Positions 57,180-64,000 of a DNA stretch of 64,000 bases are shown here, piece by piece (positions within the stretch are counted from its first letter, which is position 1; the number at the start of each line of letters is the position of its first letter). The stretch comes from Candidatus Obscuribacteraceae bacterium (lineage in GTDB: Bacteria > Cyanobacteriota > Vampirovibrionia > Obscuribacterales > Obscuribacteraceae). The notes below the pieces were generated by a model. The model saw only the letters and a program-made list of their open reading frames with translations, did no database searches and had not been told where the DNA came from. The stretch spans positions 1 to 64,000 of the forward strand of contig JBGASG010000011.1 of assembly GCA_044229845.1 (NCBI GenBank), given 5' to 3'. The translations under genes were made by a program, and so were the position numbers.

Positions 57180-58328
57180 ATGGAAGACGCTATATGCACT
57201 ACCAAACAAGTTGAGGCACCACCCGAGGCCCGCCTCTGGCTAGGCTACGTGACAAAGACACTAGCTCAACTCCATCCGGCCTATTTCGCCCTGGTAATGG
57301 CTACAGGAATCGTATCTCTCGATTGTCATCTTCTGGGACTGGAAGAGTTCGCCCGCTTCCTCTTTCTTGTCAATGTCGCGGCATACTCCATACTCCTCGT
57401 TCTATACCTGTCGCGACTCGCCTTGTTTACGTCCAACTTCATAGAGGATTGTTTTTCCCACAAGCGGGCCTTCGGCTTCTTCACTATAGTTGCTGCTACT
57501 AATGTCCTGGGCTCTCAGTTCTCTCAACTGGCAGGAAATATGGCAGTTGCACAAGCGCTGTGGTGGCTGTCTCTGGTCTTCTGGCTTGCATGCACGTACA
57601 GCATTTTTGTGTTCCTGGTGGTCAAAAGAGAGAAGCCCAGCTTCGAAGACGGCATCAACGGCGGCTGGCTGGTTGCAGTCGTCGCCACGCAGTCGATGTG
57701 CGTGCTGGGCACCCAGGTTAGACCTCAACTGTTCGCGCATCCGGATCTCTCAGTTTTGCTTTTGTTCTCATTCTGGCTCTTTGGTGGCATGCTCTATATC
57801 TGGTTGATCTCGCTGATCTTCTACAGATACATGTTCTTTAGATTCGAGCCATCAGATCTGATACCACCTTATTGGATCAACATGGGAGCAATGGCAATCA
57901 GCACGCTGGCGGGCGCCGAGCTGGTCAACAGATTTGGCGGCCTACATCCGATTACCGAAATGCTGCCTTTCGTCAAAGGGCTGACGCTGTTTTACTGGGC
58001 AACCGCCACCTGGTGGATACCCATGCTATTCGGACTCTTTGCCTGGCGCCATCTGGTACGGCGTTTCAAGTTTACTTATGACCCTCTCTACTGGGGGCTC
58101 GTTTTTCCCCTGGGTATGTATTCAGTTTGTACGCTGCGCCTGGCAGCCGCCATAGATGTCCTGGCTCTGTCCGGTCTGGCTCAAATTTTCTTGATCTTCG
58201 CTCTGGTTGCCTGGCTGCTGACTTTCCTCAGCATGGGGCAGCGGCTCGTGTACCCGGTCGTGTTGGCTTTGAGAGTGGTGAAATTTATTTGTTTTGGAGG
58301 AATGAAAGATGACAGCGCAAGGAAGTGA
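57180..58328 (+). CDS. TDT/SLAC1 family (tellurite/C4-dicarboxylate/sulfite) transporter
   Basis: PAYFALVMATGIVS, FGFFT.VAA, GWLVAVVATQS, PPYWINMGAMAISTLAG, WGLVFPLGMY. Confidence 0.9.
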   Translation: MEDAICTTKQVEAPPEARLWLGYVTKTLAQLHPAYFALVMATGIVSLDCHLLGLEEFARFLFLVNVAAYSILLVLYLSRLALFTSNFIEDCFSHKRAFGFFTIVAATNVLGSQFSQLAGNMAVAQALWWLSLVFWLACTYSIFVFLVVKREKPSFEDGINGGWLVAVVATQSMCVLGTQVRPQLFAHPDLSVLLLFSFWLFGGMLYIWLISLIFYRYMFFRFEPSDLIPPYWINMGAMAISTLAGAELVNRFGGLHPITEMLPFVKGLTLFYWATATWWIPMLFGLFAWRHLVRRFKFTYDPLYWGLVFPLGMYSVCTLRLAAAIDVLALSGLAQIFLIFALVAWLLTFLSMGQRLVYPVVLALRVVKFICFGGMKDDSARK

Positions 58329-58644
58329 CAGTGCTTTGACTTACGCACCATGCTTGTTGGACGTATGCAGACGAGACTCCAGCCGGCACCGCGAGAAGGA
58401 ATGCCCGGTTGCTCGACTAAAATCCGGAAAAAATCTGGTTATGGCAGGATTTGTGGTGTGCCTGACTGGCGTACTAGCTTATTGCGCATTCGCTTTGATA
58501 CCGCCTGATCAATTTCTGGTGAACCCAACATTCTCCGCCGGTTGCGTATCTGTGATCGCTATCGGGTTTTTGTTGTGGCTAGTGGGCGCAATTCGCTACT
58601 TCAACGCGGCCATCGATGCCGGTGATGCCGAAAACCTGTTCTAG
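58309..58644 (+). CDS. Hypothetical two-TM protein
   Basis: Two hydrophobic helices in the C-terminal half; start uncertain. Confidence 0.55.
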   Translation: MTAQGSDSALTYAPCLLDVCRRDSSRHREKECPVARLKSGKNLVMAGFVVCLTGVLAYCAFALIPPDQFLVNPTFSAGCVSVIAIGFLLWLVGAIRYFNAAIDAGDAENLF

Positions 58645-58664
58645 ACGTCGAGTTCTCTCTCGGA

Positions 58665-58680
58665 TACCTAATAAGGATGA
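58665..58680. promoter_or_regulatory. Island box (TACCTA-ATAA-GGATGA)
   Basis: Reverse complement TCATCC-TTAT-TAGGTA; 83 bp upstream of the PRTase ATG. Confidence 0.62.
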
Positions 58681-58763
58681 CCTTCTTTATCCTCTAGAAT
58701 CATGCACCGAAACGGATTACTGGCGACAATGTGCACAGTCCGAATTGCTGGCAGGTGCATAAT

Positions 58764-59495
58764 ATGGTCAAGGATTCACTTTTCGACACCACAAGTCTAA
58801 ACGAGGAAATATTCAGCGACCGGCAGCACGCCGGCAAGTACATCGGCAGCCGCCTGCGATCTATGTATTCCGCCGCCGATGACGCTCTACCAATGGTAGT
58901 AGCGATCGGTAGGGGCGGCATACCTGTCGCTTACGAAACATCCAGAGTGCTGGGAGTGCCGTATTTCAGTGCATTAGGTTGCCGAAAGATCCCCTGCAAT
59001 ACAAACAGAATGGTTCCTATTGGGGTGGCTACCGCCGAAGGCGTCGCGGTAGTTAACGACCAAATGGTGCGAATCACCGCTCTTCCCGAACCGGTGCTCG
59101 ATGCTAAGAAAGCACAGGCAATCAAAGACGCCAAGTTTGATCAAACTGCGTTCGATGCATCCTCTCATTTAGGATGTGCAGACTTCACTGCTCGGGACGT
59201 TGTGTTGGTTGATGATGGTATCTCTACCGGAATGACTGCTCTGTCCGCTATCCGGTCGATGAAACAGCGAGCGGTACGCAGTATAACGCTGGCTGCGCCT
59301 GTAGTGTCCAACGATGTCCTGCCACAGCTTGAGCGTGAATGCGACGCGGTTGTCTATTCTTTCAAGATGAACCATATCTTGTCGCTCGAGGACTATTATA
59401 ACGATTTCCCCCGCGTAACACTGGCTGAGGCGACGAGACTGCTATCTACCCAGTTGATGTTCGAGCAATCGTCGAAGCTTGCCTCTGCCGTGTAG
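58764..59495 (+). CDS. Phosphoribosyltransferase-domain protein (Rv0571c/Rv2030c N-terminal type)
   Basis: FSDRQHAG, GRGGIPVA, RKI, VLVDDGISTGMT, LAAPV, YY.DF.V. Confidence 0.9.
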   Translation: MVKDSLFDTTSLNEEIFSDRQHAGKYIGSRLRSMYSAADDALPMVVAIGRGGIPVAYETSRVLGVPYFSALGCRKIPCNTNRMVPIGVATAEGVAVVNDQMVRITALPEPVLDAKKAQAIKDAKFDQTAFDASSHLGCADFTARDVVLVDDGISTGMTALSAIRSMKQRAVRSITLAAPVVSNDVLPQLERECDAVVYSFKMNHILSLEDYYNDFPRVTLAEATRLLSTQLMFEQSSKLASAV

Positions 59496-59524
59496 AGCGC
59501 TTCGCCGCCGGTGCTGGGCAAAGA

Positions 59525-59540
59525 TCATCCGAAGGGATGA
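59525..59540. promoter_or_regulatory. Perfect island box TCATCC-GAAG-GGATGA
   Basis: Extends to GATCATCC…GGATGATC; 79 bp upstream of the ORF at 59620. Confidence 0.8.
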
Positions 59541-59619
59541 TCGCGATCCGTCTTCAGCCTGATCGTAAGCAACTGGATTTGCGTCAGAATCAAGGAAGAT
59601 CGTAGCGAGACTGACTTCA

Positions 59620-60030
59620 ATGTCCACGAGTCTCAAGTTGAAGCGCCCGAAAGCCACCGCCCTCTCCGGATTTGCTCCGCTTTTCCGGCCCCCCGACCAC
59701 GTTTATCTGCAGAGTATCGCCTCCTGGTTGACCGCAGTCAGTATGTATTACCCAAAGTCAGGGCGTCATCTCCAGAAGTTTCATATTGAAGCTACTGAGT
59801 GTGGTGTTGATAAGATGGGTGTTTTGTTCAAGCTGGCTTTCGGCACTCCCAAGCAGTATGCGGCAATTCTTGAAAGCTGCCAGTCATTGAGTGAAGAAGA
59901 TCTGAATGACCTTGCCGAGAACGCATTGCTTCGCCCCCTTACGCAGTTAGCAGAAGATTTGCGAGCGGCCCGAAGCCCGTACAAATGGCTGGCGCTGAGC
60001 GTGGTCGAGGTTTTGAAAACGACGAAGTAA
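59620..60030 (+). CDS. Hypothetical protein
   Basis: 136-aa ATG ORF filling the gap, preceded by a perfect box. Confidence 0.65.
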   Translation: MSTSLKLKRPKATALSGFAPLFRPPDHVYLQSIASWLTAVSMYYPKSGRHLQKFHIEATECGVDKMGVLFKLAFGTPKQYAAILESCQSLSEEDLNDLAENALLRPLTQLAEDLRAARSPYKWLALSVVEVLKTTK

Positions 60031-60055
60031 GGTCACGTTCGATAACCACGGATGC

Positions 60056-61060
60056 TCAATCGATTTTTCCGTAGGAATGCAGCCCGCCAAAGCCCAGGAC
60101 GTTGAAGCCCAGATAGGTAAGAAGTGTCAACAAAAGCCCGAGGACTGCAACGACGGCAACGGCATCGTTTGATCTGCCTGACCTGCCTGACCTGGTGCGC
60201 AAGTGCATGTAAATTGCATAAGTGAGCCAGGTCACCAGCGACATGGATTCCTTTGGGTCCCAGGACCAGTATGTGCCCCAGGCATGGTTAGCCCAGAGGG
60301 CACCGCTGATGATGCCAAAGGTCAGGAGCGGAAAGCCCAGCGTAATACAACGATGTGAAATTTCATCATACATGCGCGCCTTTGGCAAGTCGGGTCCGAC
60401 AATCTGCCGCTCTTGCTGCAAAAAGAAGGCGGCCAGTATCAGCAAGAATATGCTGCCGACCCAAAAGATTACATGCAGCAGATTTTGGGCGAGCGCATGA
60501 CTCAGCCCTAGGGCAATTGAAAGAAACGAAACCAGGATAGCTCCTGCCAGTGCCGCGGTTGTTTTGCGACGAAACTGCGTCCACAGATAAGCTACGGCGC
60601 TTGCGCCACCACACAGAAACAGAGCATAAGAGATCATCAATGGCGGTACATGGACAACGCGCCAGTTACTTACCAGGGCAGGCATCAACGGCATGACTGT
60701 GCGTTGGGATTCCGGCAGCCAGCTGCAGAAGAGAAAGATGGAACATACTGCCAGGGCTGTTGCAACGCCGAAACGAGCGTCGCGGTAACGCCAGGCAATA
60801 TAAAGGTAAACTCCGGTGAGCGACCAAGCAAATAGCACAAGGCTTTCATAGAGATTGGCTGTCGGAAAGCGTGCCGCCTGAAGTCCCCTAAACACCACAG
60901 CTCCAGTGATACCGATAAATGTGATGGTAAAAGCGATCAGAGCCAGTCTGCTACACCATTCCTGCTTGCTTCGAAAGGCCTTTCCCATAATGAATAACCA
61001 CAAGGAAACCAGTCCGGCCAATCCTGCGACATTTGTCAGTGCTGCATCGGTTGCTATCAT
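60056..61060 (-). CDS. ccsA: Cytochrome c biogenesis System II haem lyase CcsA/ResC
   Basis: FP..NLYES, PAL.SNW..HV, GALWANHAWGTYWSWDPKE (WWD domain), GLHSYG. Confidence 0.95.
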   Translation of the reverse strand: MIATDAALTNVAGLAGLVSLWLFIMGKAFRSKQEWCSRLALIAFTITFIGITGAVVFRGLQAARFPTANLYESLVLFAWSLTGVYLYIAWRYRDARFGVATALAVCSIFLFCSWLPESQRTVMPLMPALVSNWRVVHVPPLMISYALFLCGGASAVAYLWTQFRRKTTAALAGAILVSFLSIALGLSHALAQNLLHVIFWVGSIFLLILAAFFLQQERQIVGPDLPKARMYDEISHRCITLGFPLLTFGIISGALWANHAWGTYWSWDPKESMSLVTWLTYAIYMHLRTRSGRSGRSNDAVAVVAVLGLLLTLLTYLGFNVLGFGGLHSYGKID

Positions 61061-62400
61061 GAGTTGTTCGTCCTCACTGAGGTGGTGGGCAACAATTCGA
61101 AATTCGAAGTACCTGACGCAGGTTTCAAATGCGGAGCTACGACTTGAGCAATGGACTCAAGCTCATTTTCAGCCAGAGATTGGAAAGGTGTTGGTTCCCA
61201 ACCCAGATAAAGAGAAAGACGGCTGTCATCGCCGGTTTCCAGGCAGGCGAATATGCGGCAACGAGGTACTGATACCAGCGCTGCACCCATGAGTAAAAAG
61301 ACGAAGGATGCATGCACAAGCGGCAACCCCGGATCGTATTTGTACTGCAAAGTGGTGACGGCAACTGGGGCTTCGTAAGCAATTTTCAACGCATCAAGAG
61401 TGACAGTTTGTTTTAGTTTCAGGTCCGCAAGGAAGTTTGCCGACGGCTGCTCATCCAGTACTCCGTATATCTGCAAAGACGCGCCGTCGGAAGCAACCAC
61501 AACAACCAGAGAGAGGTCTTTCGAGAGTGAAACCACTCCGGCAAGTGAATTGCCAATTCTCTCAAGCGGCACCTGCGCAAGTTGTTTCCCGAACTTGAGG
61601 GTGACTGCTTTGAGCTGCCAGTCAGCCTGGTAGTAAGTCACACTGTTTACTGTCAACGGATTGTTGACAGAAGTTATGCCTTGCGATCGAAGATGACCGT
61701 GTTTGTCCAGAATCTCCAGTTCTGTTTTCCATTGCTTGGGCTCTCCGGACGGATGATTTTCTCGCCTGGTGTCTTTGATCACCAGCCAGTCTTGCTCAGC
61801 CTTTCCCAGCAGTGGTTGTTGCGCATGAATCGCCGGCACAGACAACCTGGAGCCGACGGTGCCAGAGACACAACCTGAATAACCGCAAGCCGCCGAGAAA
61901 GCTACTCCTCCCAGCAAGAGGAACAGTCCCAGATGTGTGCAGGGGCCGGCCAGGTAACCCATTCGTCCCTTCTCGAAAATGAGCCGGCTTCCCGCGTCGG
62001 TAACTAAGAAGCGGCGGGCTCTCATGAATTTCACCAGTTCCAGTCGACTTTCGACGCTGTCACTTACATCAATCGAGATTGAGTGGGACATAGACGCGAT
62101 TTCTCCTGCGCTCTTACCTCTGCCCGGAATCAGCCTGTGAGTTACGCGAGAACGCTGCCGTGAGACGCTGCAAGCAACGAGATTGAGAAACAGCATACCA
62201 GTGACAAGCAAGAAGAGGCTGGAGCTGAATACTCTATTCAACCCGAGCATCGCTATAATTCTGGCTATAGCGTCGCCGAAGCGGGCACAAAGCTCTTCCT
62301 CATTGATGCTCTGTGGGATGTAGGCACCAGCGAAAACAAGCAGGCACAAAGCCACCATCAAGAGAATTGTCAATTTAAGGGAGGATAGTGAACTCAACAT
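61057..62400 (-). CDS. resB: Cytochrome c biogenesis System II protein Ccs1/ResB
   Basis: LSSLKL..L, IPQ, F.S..F, NL.ACS, H.G, SVNNPL, YQADW, YDPG; start 62400 or 62451. Confidence 0.88.
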   Translation of the reverse strand: MLSSLSSLKLTILLMVALCLLVFAGAYIPQSINEEELCARFGDAIARIIAMLGLNRVFSSSLFLLVTGMLFLNLVACSVSRQRSRVTHRLIPGRGKSAGEIASMSHSISIDVSDSVESRLELVKFMRARRFLVTDAGSRLIFEKGRMGYLAGPCTHLGLFLLLGGVAFSAACGYSGCVSGTVGSRLSVPAIHAQQPLLGKAEQDWLVIKDTRRENHPSGEPKQWKTELEILDKHGHLRSQGITSVNNPLTVNSVTYYQADWQLKAVTLKFGKQLAQVPLERIGNSLAGVVSLSKDLSLVVVVASDGASLQIYGVLDEQPSANFLADLKLKQTVTLDALKIAYEAPVAVTTLQYKYDPGLPLVHASFVFLLMGAALVSVPRCRIFACLETGDDSRLSLYLGWEPTPFQSLAENELESIAQVVAPHLKPASGTSNFELLPTTSVRTNNS

Positions 62401-62428
62401 AGCTTCTCGCACAGCAGCTGTTCCGTGT

Positions 62429-63478
62429 TCAAGAGCGGCCGGTCGCGGCAAAACGGCGCACTACATATGGTGTCCAACGCCGGTCGAGGATTTCAGCGAT
62501 GATTTTGTGAGCCCCGGCGCATAAAGCCGCACGTTCCGCCAGATTCGACTCGACTACTTGAGCCAGATCGTCGACCGTGTATAGTTTGGTCTCTGAGAAA
62601 CCGCCGATTGCGGGATCTACATTGCGCGGCACCGACAGATCTATCACCACACCCGGCACAGTTGCCTGTTTCTCAAGCTCTGCCCGAGTCAGCACGAACT
62701 CCGGCGCCGCCGTGGTCACGATAACAACGTCGGCTCCAGCTGATAACTCATGCCTCTCTTCGTACGAATGACAGAGAGAGAGCCGCCCCTCCACATTCAG
62801 CTCCTGCATACCCAGAAGACCCTCGCCGCTTCGATTGACGACCTGAATGGATGGACAGTCGCGCGAGGAAAGCAGCTGCTTCGCGCACATCTGGGCGGCT
62901 CTTCCTGCTCCCACCAGCAAGAGAGTGCGACTCTTCAGCCCGCCGAAATTCTGGCGTGCAATTTCGATGGCAGCAGCGCCTGTAGAAACAGCTCCGCTGC
63001 TAATTTTGGTTTCTGTGCGCACACGCTTGCCACAGTGCAGAGCTAAATCAAATAAACGTCTCAATACAGGTCCGGCGCAGTCAGCATCGAGAGCCGCCTG
63101 GTAAGCATCCTTTACCTGCGCCAGAATTTGCCCTTCGCCCACCACCATGCTCTCCAGACCACTGGCAACCCTGCACAGATGAGCTACAGCCTGCTCATCC
63201 GTCTTCACCATACTCGGTGCAAGATCGTGATGATCAGATACTGCCTGCACTGCCTGGAAGAACGATTTGACCTGTGAAGTTCCTTCCTCGCGTCCCGTTG
63301 TGACTGCATAAACCTCAAAGCGATTGCATGTCGCGATGATTGCTGATTCATTTATCGCCGGCAAAGACTGGAGATGCTTGAGAGCTTGATGCAGGCAGGA
63401 AGGCGGGATGGTCAGCCGCTCGCGTACGGCGACCGGCTGTGATTTGTAATCGAGTCCGCAAGCGATCAGGTGAGGCAC
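62429..63478 (-). CDS. hemA: Glutamyl-tRNA reductase (short form)
   Basis: PV.VRE, ATCNRFE, SGLESMVVGEGQILAQVK, GAG, DLSVPRNVDP; 349 aa. Confidence 0.93.
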   Translation of the reverse strand: MPHLIACGLDYKSQPVAVRERLTIPPSCLHQALKHLQSLPAINESAIIATCNRFEVYAVTTGREEGTSQVKSFFQAVQAVSDHHDLAPSMVKTDEQAVAHLCRVASGLESMVVGEGQILAQVKDAYQAALDADCAGPVLRRLFDLALHCGKRVRTETKISSGAVSTGAAAIEIARQNFGGLKSRTLLLVGAGRAAQMCAKQLLSSRDCPSIQVVNRSGEGLLGMQELNVEGRLSLCHSYEERHELSAGADVVIVTTAAPEFVLTRAELEKQATVPGVVIDLSVPRNVDPAIGGFSETKLYTVDDLAQVVESNLAERAALCAGAHKIIAEILDRRWTPYVVRRFAATGRS

Positions 63479-63538
63479 TTTTATCCACCAACCTAAGACA
63501 TTCAGCTTTAAAATAGCAATAGTTTCCAGACGGTAACC

Positions 63539-63554
63539 ACAACCGGAAGGCTGA
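63539..63554. promoter_or_regulatory. Island box (ACAACC-GGAA-GGCTGA)
   Basis: 60 bp upstream of the hemA start. Confidence 0.6.
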
Positions 63555-63813
63555 TTTCAGGAAGGATCATTCGCTTGTATGTTCCTAAGAACCCTCTCTG
63601 AATTCTGCTTGTGCAAAACTTCGCCCATCTTCTCGTTCGAGCGATTGATACCAATAGGTGGCCAACTGGAAGATAACGGTCGCAGCCCGATTCAGTGCCC
63701 GAAAAGCAGTGCTGCATACGAATTGGTGTATCCATCTGTCGGTGGATGTCGACAGTTGCAGTCCGCAGTAGTATTCAGATGTATGGTGCTTTAGAAACTA
63801 CTGCGTGAGGTCT

Positions 63814-64000
63814 TTGACTTTGATTCTCCATGATAAAGAAATTGTCTGTCGCGACTGCTCTGCACCGTTTCTGTTTTCTGTTGGTGAACAGGAGTTCTTT
63901 CACGCGAAAGGACTGACCAATGAGCCTAAGCGATGCGCCAAATGCCGGTTGCTTGCCCGCCACCAGAGAGAAGGAGCGGAAAGCCCCCTGAATAGAATTC
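63814..64000 (+). CDS. Zinc-ribbon (zf-trcl-like) protein, partial; runs off the window
   Basis: Manual translation: HDKEIVCRDCSAPFLFSVGEQEFFHAKGLTNEPKRCAKCR; GAGG upstream of TTG; absent from the ORF track. Confidence 0.85.
   Translation, partial: MTLILHDKEIVCRDCSAPFLFSVGEQEFFHAKGLTNEPKRCAKCRLLARHQREGAESPLNRI

Overview
Bacterial chromosomal window. The TPR-rich secreted proteins, cyanobacterial-style histidine kinases and NarL regulator, cytochrome c6-like protein and System II cytochrome c maturation suggest a non-photosynthetic cyanobacterial relative (Vampirovibrionia/Melainabacteria, e.g. Obscuribacterales); this is an inference. The first ~13 kb holds TPR and secreted hypothetical proteins, a PLP-dependent D-amino acid enzyme, a GNAT and a phosphoketolase. 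From ~13.3 kb to the end lies a ~50-kb redox/hypoxia island. It encodes a NarL/LiaR-type response regulator, two paralogous histidine kinases (one globin-coupled, one with a degenerate H-box), eight universal stress proteins and a group 3b [NiFe]-hydrogenase with full hyp machinery. It also encodes PEP synthase, a P-type ATPase, a phosphoribosyltransferase, mono-, di- and tri-haem cytochromes c with hemA/resB/ccsA, rhodanese and persulfide-dioxygenase-like proteins, a desaturase/PaaA-like/BoxA-type ferredoxin trio, a RIC-like hemerythrin, an apparently inactive resolvase domain, an alternative sigma-70 and a second two-component system. A 16-bp palindrome (TCAKCC-N4-GGMTGA) recurs about 60-90 bp upstream of most island transcription units and was not seen in the first 13 kb. 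Together this points to a clustered, globin-sensed, DosR-like low-oxygen regulon. No rRNA, tRNA, CRISPR array or intact mobile element was recognised.
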